From positions 8,764 through 72,763 of the forward strand of contig CAZOMY010000010.1 of assembly GCA_964581115.1 (NCBI GenBank): 64,000 bases of DNA, read 5' to 3'. Origin of the DNA: an uncultured Ignavibacteriaceae bacterium. Lineage in GTDB: Bacteria; Bacteroidota; Ignavibacteria; UBA10030. The notes beneath the pieces were generated by a model. That model was not told where the DNA came from. It was given only the letters and a program-made list of their open reading frames with translations, and made no database searches. The position numbers were made by a program, and so were the translations under genes. Numbering within the stretch: position 1 is the first letter of the stretch; the number at the start of each line of letters is the position of its first letter. Shown here piece after piece: positions 37,500-46,710 of this stretch.

Positions 37500-38660
37500 T
37501 TACTTCCCAGCAGGACTTTCCGATGTCGTCACCGCTTCGGCCGGCACGGGCGTCTTGCGGTGCGACGGGCGCTTCTTCCGCATGTACTTTCGCTCCACCG
37601 GATGTTGCTCCGGCCATTCCTCTTCGACGTCCGGATAGGTGAAGATGTCGTACTTGTAGTTGCGGAGGATGATGTCCTTGCCGTTGCGGCCCAGCACATA
37701 TTGCGGCAGGAGCGGGATCTTGCCGCCTCCGCCCGGCGCGTCGATCACGTAGTAGGGCACCGCCAGCCCCGACGTATGGCCGCGGAGCTTGTCCATGATC
37801 TCGAGCCCAACGCGCACGGGGGTTCGGAAGTGGTTGGTCCCCTTGGTCAGGTCGGCCTGGTAGATGTAGTACGGCCGGACCCTCATTTTGAGCAGCTTCC
37901 GATGGAGCTCGAGCATCACATCGGGGTCGTCGTTGACCCCCTTCATCAGCACAGCCTGGTTGCCCACCGGACAGCCGGCGTCGGCCAGCATCGCACAGGC
38001 CTTCTCGGCCTCGGGTGTGCACTCCCACGGGTGGTTGAAATGCGTGTTGACGTAGATGGGATGGTACTTCTTGAGCATCTTGACGAACTTCGGTGTGATG
38101 CGCTGCGGTAGAACGCAGGGCATCTTCGTGCCCAGCCGGATGATCTCCACATGCGGTATGGCGCGAAGACCGGCCAGCACGCGCTCGAGTGCGTAGTCGG
38201 TGACCATCAGCGGGTCGCCGCCTGAAAGGACGATGTCGCGGATCTCGGGATGCGCCGCGATGTAGTCGAGGCCTTGCTGGATCCACTTCGCATTGATCTT
38301 CGTCGAGTCGCTCACCTTCCGCTTGCGGGTGCAGAAGCGGCAGTACATGGAGCATTGACTCGTGATGAGGAAGAGCACGCGGTCGGGATAACGGTGGGTG
38401 ATGCTCGGCACCGGGCTGTGGGCGTCCTCGTTGAGCGGATCTTCGGGCGCGCCGTCATCCTCCAGCTCGACGGCGTCGGGAATGCACTGCAGCCAGATGG
38501 GATCGCCCGGATATCGGATGAGGCTCAGATAGTACGGGTTGACCCGAATGTGGAAGAACTTGTTCAGCTTTTCGGCGGTCGAGGTGTCGAACCCGAATCG
38601 CTCGACGAGATCCTTGCCGCTATCCACGCTCTGACGCAGCATTTCCTGCCAGAGTTCCAT
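37500..38660 (-). CDS. kamA: KamA-family radical SAM enzyme, lysine 2,3-aminomutase
   Basis: HRYPDRVL, CSMYCRFCTRKR (CxxxCxxC), LSGGDPL, HFNHP, NQAVL, PYYIYQAD, RGHTSG, VIDAPGGGGK (PLP lysine and both substrate-binding Asp positions kept). Confidence 0.9.
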   Translation of the reverse strand: MELWQEMLRQSVDSGKDLVERFGFDTSTAEKLNKFFHIRVNPYYLSLIRYPGDPIWLQCIPDAVELEDDGAPEDPLNEDAHSPVPSITHRYPDRVLFLITSQCSMYCRFCTRKRKVSDSTKINAKWIQQGLDYIAAHPEIRDIVLSGGDPLMVTDYALERVLAGLRAIPHVEIIRLGTKMPCVLPQRITPKFVKMLKKYHPIYVNTHFNHPWECTPEAEKACAMLADAGCPVGNQAVLMKGVNDDPDVMLELHRKLLKMRVRPYYIYQADLTKGTNHFRTPVRVGLEIMDKLRGHTSGLAVPYYVIDAPGGGGKIPLLPQYVLGRNGKDIILRNYKYDIFTYPDVEEEWPEQHPVERKYMRKKRPSHRKTPVPAEAVTTSESPAGK

Positions 38661-38683
38661 ACCGGGGGAACGTCCTCCTTCCG

Positions 38684-39208
38684 TTACAGGTGTTTGGTGT
38701 AGATGACCAGGTCGTCGTCCGGGGCGTAGTAGCCGCGGATCCGGGCCGTCTCGTCATACCGATGGCGGCGGTAGAAGCTCCGCGTCGGCTCATACTTCGG
38801 CAGCGATGAGGTCTCGACGACGATGAGCGTCCCTCCGCTCGCTGCAATGCGTCGTTCACAGTGTTCCAGCAGTGCCGACCCGATCCCACCACCGTGGCAT
38901 GTCGGGTCGACGGCGATCCAGTACAGATCGTACGTCGAGCGCGTCATCGAAGTGTGACCGTAGCAGTAGTAGCCGCGTACGGTCCCGCCTTCGTCCTCGT
39001 ACGTCGCCAACAGATAGTCGGTCTGCGACGGATCGTTGACGGAGGCGTCCATCAGTTCGAGCGCCACCTCCACCTCTTCGTCTCGGAACACACCGGTGGC
39101 CTCGAGGATCCTTCGCAACGGCTCACGGTCCGATCCCCGAAACTCCCGGATGAATCCTTTCGTCCGGACGACCTTCTCAGCCGCCACCGTCGATGTCAGC
39201 TCAGCCAT
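38684..39208 (-). CDS. GNAT family N-acetyltransferase
   Basis: YDLYWIAVDPTCHGGGIGSALL acetyl-CoA motif A; VETSS...TRSFYRRHRY. Confidence 0.9.
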   Translation of the reverse strand: MAELTSTVAAEKVVRTKGFIREFRGSDREPLRRILEATGVFRDEEVEVALELMDASVNDPSQTDYLLATYEDEGGTVRGYYCYGHTSMTRSTYDLYWIAVDPTCHGGGIGSALLEHCERRIAASGGTLIVVETSSLPKYEPTRSFYRRHRYDETARIRGYYAPDDDLVIYTKHL

Positions 39209-39281
39209 TTGCTGATCATCCGCCACGAAGTGGCCGCTTTGCGGCGATCGACAATCTTCAATCCGAAATTCCCTCTCGACC

Positions 39282-40376
39282 TCACGGAGTCCTTTCCCAA
39301 GCGTACTCCACGATCCTTCCGATGATCTCATTGAAAGACAGCCCGTAAGCGCGGGCCGAGCGCGCAAAGCCAGCGTCGTCGGAGATGTCCGGGTTCGGGT
39401 TGACCTCGAGGATGTGGAGATTCCCTTTCGCATCCAACCGCATGTCCACGCGGCCGTAGTCGCGAAGGTTCATCAGCTTGTACGCCTTCAACGCGATCTC
39501 TTTCGCCCTGAGCTCGGTCTCTTTGGGAATGTCGGCGGGACATACGCCCTTCGTGCCAAGGTATTCCGGCGTTCCTTCCATCCACTTCGCGGCGTAGCTC
39601 ACGATCTTCGGGTAGTCTTCCGGAAGGCCGGAGAAATCGATCTCGGAGATCGGCAGGACGATCGGCCGCTTGTTCCCCATGATGGCCACGTTCAATTCCC
39701 GACCCACGATGTATTCTTCCACGAGGGCCGGCTGGTCGAATGTCTGAAAGATGTAGCGAATGCGCTTCCGCAGCGCAGGGATCGAATCGACGATCGAATT
39801 GTTGTCGATGCCGACGCTCGCATCCTCGCCCGACGGCTTCACGATGACCGGGAACCGGAGATCGAAATCTTCGAAATTCAGCGTGCTCGAATGCTTGAAC
39901 AGCGCGAACCGCGGCGTCGGAAGACCGTGTGCCGTCAGGATCTCCTTCGTGCGGAACTTGTGCAGACATGTCCCAAGCGCAAACGCCGAAGCGCCGGTGT
40001 ACGGAACGCCCATCAGCTCGTAGAGCCCGGCCACGTGCATTTCGTGGATCGACTCGTTCCCGACCGATTCGCACAGGTTGAAGATGATATCCGGCTTCGA
40101 CTCCTCCAGAAAAGCGATGAGACGCTTGATGTCGCCATTCATATTGAAGAGCGACGACCGGTATCCACAGTCTTTGAGGGCCTGCTCGACATGCTCCCGT
40201 TCCTCGAGCACCCCCACCTCGGACAGATCGATCGCAACCTGGGCCGCCTTTTCCTTCATTTCGGCGTGCGTTGGAATTGCCTTCAATTCCCCGGTCTCGG
40301 AGACGTATTTTCGCCCGTTGAGCGTCTCGATTGTCGGTTCATTGAAAACAACGGCTACATGCACCTTTTTGGCCAT
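39282..40376 (-). CDS. D-Ala-D-Ala-ligase-like ATP-grasp ligase (copy B)
   Basis: IIFNLCES, VPYTGA, LHKFRTK, FPVIVKPSGEDASVGI, LVEEYIVGRELNV, SYAAKW, YGRVDMR, ILEVNPNPD; lacks the canonical Ddl GGxSxE N-terminus. Confidence 0.88.
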   Translation of the reverse strand: MAKKVHVAVVFNEPTIETLNGRKYVSETGELKAIPTHAEMKEKAAQVAIDLSEVGVLEEREHVEQALKDCGYRSSLFNMNGDIKRLIAFLEESKPDIIFNLCESVGNESIHEMHVAGLYELMGVPYTGASAFALGTCLHKFRTKEILTAHGLPTPRFALFKHSSTLNFEDFDLRFPVIVKPSGEDASVGIDNNSIVDSIPALRKRIRYIFQTFDQPALVEEYIVGRELNVAIMGNKRPIVLPISEIDFSGLPEDYPKIVSYAAKWMEGTPEYLGTKGVCPADIPKETELRAKEIALKAYKLMNLRDYGRVDMRLDAKGNLHILEVNPNPDISDDAGFARSARAYGLSFNEIIGRIVEYAWERTP

Positions 40377-40456
40377 GGCTCTTCCCGCAAGTTATTGGAG
40401 GATGGTGCGTTCGGTCCGACGTTCTCTGCCGGAAGTTGAGCGTTCGTCGGCAGGTG

Positions 40457-41569
40457 TCATGATGGCAAGGAGTTGTGGCGTCCGATGCGGACCAAGGCCG
40501 CGTCCAGCACCATGTTGATCATCCGATCGTAATCGATGCCCGCCGCGCGGGCCGCCTGCGGAAAACAGGAATGGTCGTCGGGGTTGGGAAGGATGCCGGG
40601 AAGAGGATTCAACTCTATCAGATTCGGCTCGCCCGCCGCGTCAAGTCGCACGTCAATGCGGCACCAATCGCGGCAGCGCAAGAGTCGGTACGAACGCTTG
40701 CAGAGATCAATGATCTTCTGTTCGAACGCAGGAGAAAGCTTCGCAGGACACTCGTGAACGTCGAGCGGCTTGTCAAGTGTATCCCACATCCACTTCGCCT
40801 CGAACGACCAGATCGGATTTGCGCCGTCCGGCAGATCGTCGAATTTGATCTCGACGATCGGCAGGACGCGAAGGTCTTCGCCGTTGCCGATGAGGGCCAC
40901 GGTGAATTCCCGTCCGGTGAGGAATTGTTCGATGAGGGCCGGTTCGTGGTAGCGCTCGGTCACGCGGCGCACCTCCGCTTCGAGCTCCTGCGGCGTGCGC
41001 ACGACGGAAGAATTCATGATCCCTTTGCTCGAACCTTCGTGCAGCGGCTTGACGATCGACGGAAGCGGAAGGTCGAGTCCGACGAGATCATCCACCGAGT
41101 CGACGACATGGAACGCGGGCGTAGCGACACCATGATACGCCAGCACTTCTTTTGCGCGCGACTTGTCGAGACAGATGCCGAGGGTCAACGGGTCGGACCC
41201 GGTGTACGGAATGCCCAGCATCTCCAGCATGGCGGGGATCTGCGCCTCGCGCGAAGGACCGCGAAGCCCCTCGGCGATGTTGAACACGATGTCGGGCTGG
41301 AGATCGGCGAGTGCGTTGAAGGCGTTACGATCCGCTTCGACGAGACTGACACGATGGCGCTGTTCCAGGGCTGATTTGACGGCGAGAATGGTCTCTTCGG
41401 TGTCCCATTCAGCGTATGTGTCGTCTCTCGTGAGGAGGGCGCGAGCCGTCTCGACATTCGTCGAGTCGTGAACTCGCGGCGAGGTCGGCGTCGCTTCAGC
41501 AACCGAAGCGATCGGTGCAGATTCGTGCTTGATGTTGTAGACGAGAGCGACGTGCAGTGCGGTACTCAA
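40457..41569 (-). CDS. D-Ala-D-Ala-ligase-like ATP-grasp ligase (copy A)
   Basis: IVFNIAEG, IPYTGSD, LDKSRAK, IVKPLHEGSSKGI, LIEQFLTGREFTV, SFEAKW, WCRIDVR, IELNPLPG; TTG start, position uncertain. Confidence 0.88.
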   Translation of the reverse strand: MSTALHVALVYNIKHESAPIASVAEATPTSPRVHDSTNVETARALLTRDDTYAEWDTEETILAVKSALEQRHRVSLVEADRNAFNALADLQPDIVFNIAEGLRGPSREAQIPAMLEMLGIPYTGSDPLTLGICLDKSRAKEVLAYHGVATPAFHVVDSVDDLVGLDLPLPSIVKPLHEGSSKGIMNSSVVRTPQELEAEVRRVTERYHEPALIEQFLTGREFTVALIGNGEDLRVLPIVEIKFDDLPDGANPIWSFEAKWMWDTLDKPLDVHECPAKLSPAFEQKIIDLCKRSYRLLRCRDWCRIDVRLDAAGEPNLIELNPLPGILPNPDDHSCFPQAARAAGIDYDRMINMVLDAALVRIGRHNSLPS

Positions 41570-41663
41570 GCAGCGCTATCAACCTCGTGTTGGTGAACGA
41601 TCGTCGCGTCCGACTTCCTGTCAACCGCCGGGCAGGCCGTCATCGACGCTCAACGTTGATACT

Positions 41664-41691
41664 AATATAAGGGTTTGACATCCGTTGTCAA
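41664..41691 (-). promoter_or_regulatory. Sigma-70-type promoter of the ligase-ligase-GNAT-kamA operon, overlapped by palindromes
   Basis: Minus strand TTGACA-N16-TATATT; TTGACA-N5-TGTCAA dyad over the -35; TCAACGTTGA (41650-41659) near the predicted start. Confidence 0.6.
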
Positions 41692-42071
41692 GTTTTTCTG
41701 ACCTCGAGCGAGCTCCGAGCGAGTCCCGAACTCATCCATCGAGACGAGTCGAGGAGCGAGTCGACCCTCGACGTTGCTCGGGTCGACCCCAAGCATTCGA
41801 GGGGTCGAAAGGTCAGCTGCCGTCCACCATCCGACCGACTTCAGTCGCGGACGATCACACCTCCCCCCATCGTACGACCTCCGACCCGAGATCGTCCGAC
41901 GATGATCGATCACGATCGAGAGACGACGGATCGGACCGACGACGGCCCGGTCGAAGACGGGACGATGGCTAGACTTGACGACGAAGAGTCGAACGGGTAA
42001 CGAACGGTGGACCGGAGCACGCGGAGAGGAGGATGACGAAGCGGTAAGGCGTTGACGGGCGGTCGGAGGAC

Positions 42072-44255
42072 TCAGCCGACCGATCCCAGATCGAAGAGGT
42101 CTCGGTAGTTTTCCTCGAAATGTGTGCGAATTTCGCTATGCTCAGGCTTACGAAGGTGCGGATCGGCCTCGACGATCCTTCCGGAGAGGACACGAGCCCG
42201 TTCGAGAAGCTCTCGATCCCTGATCGGGTCGGCCACGGTCAGTATGGGGGCACCGCTCTGACGGGTGCCGAAGAACTCCCCCGGTCCACGAAGCTCCAGG
42301 TCCACCTCCGAGATCCGGAAGCCGTCGGTCGTCTCTTCCATGGTCTTCAACCGACGGATCGCCCGGTTCTCCTCCGCCTTCTGCTGCGCAGGGTCCAGCC
42401 CCTTGAGGCTTCTATGATAGAGTGGGGCATTGGAGATCAGGATGCAATAGGACTGGTCGGCCCCCCTCCCCACCCGGCCGCGCAACTGGTGAAGCTGCGA
42501 CAACCCGAACCTCTCGGCATTCTCCACGATCATGACTGTCGCGTTGGAAACGTCAATGCCGACCTCGATGACGGTCGTCGAGACCAGGACATCGACCCTT
42601 CCCTCCTGGAGGTCCCTCATAACCGCCTCCTTCTCCTCCGAGGTTTGCCGGCCGTGTAACAGCGCCAGCCGAAGCCCCTTGAGCGGACCTTCGCGCAGGT
42701 CTTCAAACGCCACCGTGGCCGCTTTCAGATCGACCTTTTCCGACTTTTCGATAAGGGGGAACACAACATAGGCCTGTCGTCCCCGGGCCACCTCATGACG
42801 GACGAATTCGTACACCTTTCCCTTCTGTTCCTCCGTCCTGATCGCCGTCCTGATGGGACGCCGGTTGGCCGGCATTTCATCGATGGTGGAGATGTCCAGG
42901 TCGCCGTAGATCGACATCGCGAGGGTTCTGGGGATCGGCGTGGCGGTCATGACAAGCACATCCAGGTCGATCCCTTTCTTTCGAAGCGCCGCCCGCTGTT
43001 CTACGCCGAATCGGTGCTGTTCATCAATGACAGCCAGACCCAGGTCGGCGAACTCCACCCCCTCTTCTAACAGTGCATGCGTCCCGACGACCAATTGGGC
43101 GATTCCACGCCGGATGTCCTCGAGAATATCCCGCCTCAGACGTTTCTTCTGCCCTCCAACGAGCGTCCGCACCTGGACCCCCAGCCCTTCGGTCATTCGC
43201 CGCAGCGTCCATGCATGTTGCTCTGCCAACACCTCCGTGGGGGCCATAAAGGCCGCCTGGGCGCCATGGTCGATCGCGCGCAGACAGGCCAGAAGCGCCA
43301 CGACCGTCTTTCCGCTTCCAACATCACCCTGCAGGAGGCGGTGCATCGGTCGGGGCGATCGCATGTCGTCAGTGATCTCGGCGAGCACTCGCTTTTGTGC
43401 GGAGGTGAGTTGATAGGGCAGCAAAGCGAGCAAGCGATCAGCCAGCGGGGTCGGACCGTCAAAGCGGCGTCCGGGGCGCGCGGCAGTGGCCACCCGACGC
43501 AGATGCATCATCAGTTGAATGAAGAACAGCTCGTCGAAGGCCAGCCGCTTTCGCGCTTCGGCCAACGAGGTCCATGAGAGCGGAAAATGGACCTGTTCGA
43601 CGGCGCGATGGATCGGGAGGAGGTGCTCGGAGCTGATCAGAGTCGAGCCGAGTCGTTCGGGAATGCATGTCGGGACGCGAGGCAGAGCGTTCCGCATCAC
43701 GCGCCTGATCCCACGACTATCGAGTCCGACGGCGGTCAGTTCGGCGGTCGAAGAGTATTTGGGGATGATGGCGCCGGTGTTGAACAGCTTGCCCCAGTCG
43801 GGCTCGTCTTCCTCGGAGCTGGCCAGACGGTCGAACTGCGGATGGATGAATTGCGGCCGACCCAGCCGATCGAGCGTCGGGACCGCCGAGAGGGCCAACA
43901 CCTCTCCTTCGGCGAACGCATCCTTGAGCCACCGGTAACCCTCGAACCAGACGCAGGTCAGCGTTCCGGTCCCGTCCGAGACGCTCAGCAGGAACATCAT
44001 CCGGTGGGTCGTCCTGGTCTTTCGAGCTTCGACCTTGATAACGTTCCCAACGACGGTGACATCCGGCGCGTCGGCAACGGACCTGCGGAGGTCCCGAATG
44101 CTGATGATGCGGCTGCGGTCGAGATAGTCGAACGGGAATCTGAGCAGGAGATCGCGGACGGACCGGATCCCGTGCTTCTGAAGGACCTCCGCCCGACGCG
44201 GACCGATGCCTTTGAGGTACTGGAGGTCAGACGATGTTGAAGACTTTGCGATCAT
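42072..44255 (-). CDS. recG: ATP-dependent DNA helicase RecG
   Basis: LKGIGPRR, RLAFDELF, LLQGDVGSGKT, MAPTEVLAEQH, IDEQHRFG, MTATPIPRTL, LHQLRGRVGRG, DLELRGPGEFFG. Confidence 0.98.
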   Translation of the reverse strand: MIAKSSTSSDLQYLKGIGPRRAEVLQKHGIRSVRDLLLRFPFDYLDRSRIISIRDLRRSVADAPDVTVVGNVIKVEARKTRTTHRMMFLLSVSDGTGTLTCVWFEGYRWLKDAFAEGEVLALSAVPTLDRLGRPQFIHPQFDRLASSEEDEPDWGKLFNTGAIIPKYSSTAELTAVGLDSRGIRRVMRNALPRVPTCIPERLGSTLISSEHLLPIHRAVEQVHFPLSWTSLAEARKRLAFDELFFIQLMMHLRRVATAARPGRRFDGPTPLADRLLALLPYQLTSAQKRVLAEITDDMRSPRPMHRLLQGDVGSGKTVVALLACLRAIDHGAQAAFMAPTEVLAEQHAWTLRRMTEGLGVQVRTLVGGQKKRLRRDILEDIRRGIAQLVVGTHALLEEGVEFADLGLAVIDEQHRFGVEQRAALRKKGIDLDVLVMTATPIPRTLAMSIYGDLDISTIDEMPANRRPIRTAIRTEEQKGKVYEFVRHEVARGRQAYVVFPLIEKSEKVDLKAATVAFEDLREGPLKGLRLALLHGRQTSEEKEAVMRDLQEGRVDVLVSTTVIEVGIDVSNATVMIVENAERFGLSQLHQLRGRVGRGADQSYCILISNAPLYHRSLKGLDPAQQKAEENRAIRRLKTMEETTDGFRISEVDLELRGPGEFFGTRQSGAPILTVADPIRDRELLERARVLSGRIVEADPHLRKPEHSEIRTHFEENYRDLFDLGSVG

Positions 44256-44280
44256 CGATCTGTTCCGCCGATGTGGAGGT

Positions 44281-44370
44281 GACCACGAAGAGCACGAAGC
44301 CACACGAAGAAATGATGCGACAGCTGAATCTGCAAAAAATCACTCCGTGCTCTTGGTGCCCTTCGTGGTT
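44281..44370. repeat. Inverted doublet of 9-10-mer tandem units (CACGAAG / CTTCGTG)
   Basis: GACCACGAAG AGCACGAAG CCACACGAAG, 33-nt spacer, CTCCGTGCT CTTGGTGCC CTTCGTGGTT. Confidence 0.75.
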
Positions 44371-44371
44371 C

Positions 44372-46042
44372 CTATTTGAGATCAGCACGTCGCTCGTACA
44401 CCACCCGCCCCCCAACGATCGTCACATCGACCTTCACATTCTCGATCTTCACCGGATCGATCGAGAAGATATCATCGGACAGCACGACGATGTCGGCAAG
44501 CTTGCCGGGGGTGAGGCTTCCTTTCTCGTCCTCCTCGAAGGCCGCGTAGGCGTTCGTGAGCGTATAGGCCTCGACCGCTTCGGCCACGGTGATCTTTTGC
44601 TCGGGGAACCATCCACCCGGTGTCGCTCCGTCGATCGTCCGGCGCGTGACGGCCGCGTAAATCCCCAGCAGCGGGTCGAGCGGACCGACGGTCCAGTCGC
44701 TGCCGAAGCTCAACTTGATGCCGGCGTCGAGGAAGGAGCGGAAGGGATAGGTCGTGCGGCAACGCTCGTGGCCGATCCGCTTCTCCGCCCACCGACCGTC
44801 ATCGATGGCATGGTAGGGCTGTGCCGATGCGATGACGCCGAGCTGTTCGAATCGGACAAAGTCCTTGGGATGGATATGTTGGGCATGTTCGATGCGGAAT
44901 CGCCGGTCCCACGCAGGATTCTCGCGGCGGATCCTCTCAAAGAGGTCGAGCATGAGACTGTTGGCGCTGTCGCCAATGGCATGGATCGAAAGCTGCAGTC
45001 TCGCCTTATCGGCCGCGAACGCCCACGTCTCGAGCCGGCCGTCGAGGACGATATCGCTTGGGAGGCCCCGCGTCGATGGGTCGGAGTCGTACGGCCTGTA
45101 GAACAGCGCCGTCGAGGAACCGAGCGAGCCGTCGGCGAATGCCTTGAGCGATCCCACGCGGATCCATTCGTCGCCGAAGGGCGCTTCGAGCCCTGCATCG
45201 GCCAGCGATTTCCATTCTCCTATCGGTATGCGGCAATGGAATCTTGCCGTAAGATTTCCAGCGCGACGAACGGACTGATAGGCGCGGATATGGGCGCCCG
45301 TCGAGACATCCTGGATCGAAGTGACGCCGAACCGTCGTGCCTCGGCCAAAGCCAGCAATGCCGCCTCAACCAGTTCCTCATGCGTCTCGGCGGGCATGAC
45401 GCGATAGACGAGCGTCATGGCTTCGTCTTTCAAGATGCCGGTCGCTTCGCCGGTCAGGGGGTCGCGGACGATCGAGCCGCCAGGAGGGTCGGGCGTCGAC
45501 TTCGTGATACCGGCGAGCTTGAGCACGTGCGAATTCGCCAGCGCCATATGCCCGTCGTATCTATTCACAAAAACGGGCGTCGAGCCCGTGACCGCATCGA
45601 TCAGCTCTTTGGCCGGCAGAGGACCTCCGGGCCATGCGTCATGGTCCCAATCGCCGCCCGTGATCCATCTTCCAGGATGCTTCGCGGCCCGTTCACCGAT
45701 GCGGCGGGCAAACTCCTGCGGCGTCGCCGCGTTGCGAAGATCGACCGACTGCAGCTGAAAGCCGCCGGTCATGAAATGCGTGTGATTGTCGATGAATCCG
45801 GGAAGCGTTCGACGGCCTTTGAGGTCGATCACCGTTGCGTTCGGGCCGGCCATCGCCCGAACGTCAGTGTTGGACCCGACAGCCAGGATCCGGTCCCCCG
45901 CGACCGCGATTGCCTGGGCCTCGGGTCGAGAAGGGTCGACGGTCCAGATCTTGCCGTTGACGAGAAGGAGGTCGGCAGGTTTTGGCTGGCCAAGGACGAT
46001 GGTCGATGCCAGGAGGAGGGTTGTTGCACGTCGAACAAGCAT
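44372..46042 (-). CDS. YtcJ-like amidohydrolase (amidohydrolase 3 family), secreted
   Basis: RBS GGGAG; signal peptide; LPGFIDNHTH, RYDGHMALANS, LKAFADGSLGS, IHAIGD, RIEHAQ, FGSDW, GSLTPGKLADIVVL. Confidence 0.92.
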   Translation of the reverse strand: MLVRRATTLLLASTIVLGQPKPADLLLVNGKIWTVDPSRPEAQAIAVAGDRILAVGSNTDVRAMAGPNATVIDLKGRRTLPGFIDNHTHFMTGGFQLQSVDLRNAATPQEFARRIGERAAKHPGRWITGGDWDHDAWPGGPLPAKELIDAVTGSTPVFVNRYDGHMALANSHVLKLAGITKSTPDPPGGSIVRDPLTGEATGILKDEAMTLVYRVMPAETHEELVEAALLALAEARRFGVTSIQDVSTGAHIRAYQSVRRAGNLTARFHCRIPIGEWKSLADAGLEAPFGDEWIRVGSLKAFADGSLGSSTALFYRPYDSDPSTRGLPSDIVLDGRLETWAFAADKARLQLSIHAIGDSANSLMLDLFERIRRENPAWDRRFRIEHAQHIHPKDFVRFEQLGVIASAQPYHAIDDGRWAEKRIGHERCRTTYPFRSFLDAGIKLSFGSDWTVGPLDPLLGIYAAVTRRTIDGATPGGWFPEQKITVAEAVEAYTLTNAYAAFEEDEKGSLTPGKLADIVVLSDDIFSIDPVKIENVKVDVTIVGGRVVYERRADLK

Positions 46043-46159
46043 GGCGACTCCCTGAACGTTCGAGCGCCAAAGTACCGACAAGCCGACCCAATTTCAAACG
46101 GGTTGAACATCTCAAGAAGGTGGAGTACGTTTCCAAACAGACAAACTGCAGGTCAACTC

Positions 46160-46660
46160 ATGACACGACGTCCATTCATCTTCACGATCCTGTCCCTCGC
46201 ATCGACGGCCATCCTTTCGGCCCAGCAGGTGGAGGAACCGCCGATCCCTGTGATGATCGTCTGCCCGTATCATGAGGATAGTCTGCGTCGGGCGTACGAG
46301 TCAGACTTCGCGATGGACGGCAACCCCCAGCGCCATCAGTTGGACTCGGTCAGCCTCCGTGCCATTCGGGCTGCTACGGACATGTCGGCGCAGATGGAGC
46401 GGTCGTTCACATTCTTGTATCTCCTTCTGGCCATCCTGGCCCTGACTTCGATCGCCGCCCTTCGTGTGGCCTATCGGCTGAGGTCGGAGTTGCAGGACCT
46501 GCGTCGGTCACAGCACGTTCCGACTCTCTCGTTGCCCGCTCCCGTGGTCGTCGATTCGTCGCCGCTTCGCAGCCCAAGCCGGAAAAACTCAAGACCGAAA
46601 CCCACCCAACGACCGTCCAAGGTCAATCGATCTTCAGGGCGTCCCCGTTCCCGTCGTTGA
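46160..46660 (+). CDS. Hypothetical membrane protein (signal peptide, one TM helix, Arg/Ser/Pro-rich tail)
   Basis: MTRRPFIFTILSLASTAILSAQQ; TM FTFLYLLLAILALTSIAAL; fills the gap divergent from the amidohydrolase. It is the last 166 aa of the 808-aa track ORF. Confidence 0.65.
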   Translation: MTRRPFIFTILSLASTAILSAQQVEEPPIPVMIVCPYHEDSLRRAYESDFAMDGNPQRHQLDSVSLRAIRAATDMSAQMERSFTFLYLLLAILALTSIAALRVAYRLRSELQDLRRSQHVPTLSLPAPVVVDSSPLRSPSRKNSRPKPTQRPSKVNRSSGRPRSRR

Positions 46661-46684
46661 AGACGGCGAATCATCCGTACCTAC

Positions 46685-46710
46685 AATTGTAAATTGTACA
46701 ATTTACAATT
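46685..46710. repeat. Perfect 26-bp AT-rich palindrome
   Basis: AATTGTAAATTGTACAATTTACAATT equals its own reverse complement; 7-bp internal period. Confidence 0.9.

Noticed and set aside
37500-38660. KamA homologue as EF-P modification enzyme EpmB or glutamate 2,3-aminomutase
   Set aside because: No efp or epmA nearby, and the lysine-specific Asp positions are retained. A phylogeny would be needed to exclude these fully.
39282-41569. Ligases as housekeeping Ddl or Van-type resistance ligases
   Set aside because: No mur/fts or vanH/vanX context; the canonical N-terminal and omega-loop motifs are altered.
41685-41972. 95-aa Arg/Asp/Ser-rich ORF
   Set aside because: A product of low-complexity DNA; no RBS, and it opposes the local gene direction.
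44234-46159. First 640 codons of the 808-aa plus-strand ORF 44234-46660
   Set aside because: Antisense shadow of the amidohydrolase; only the part from ATG 46160 looks like a real protein.
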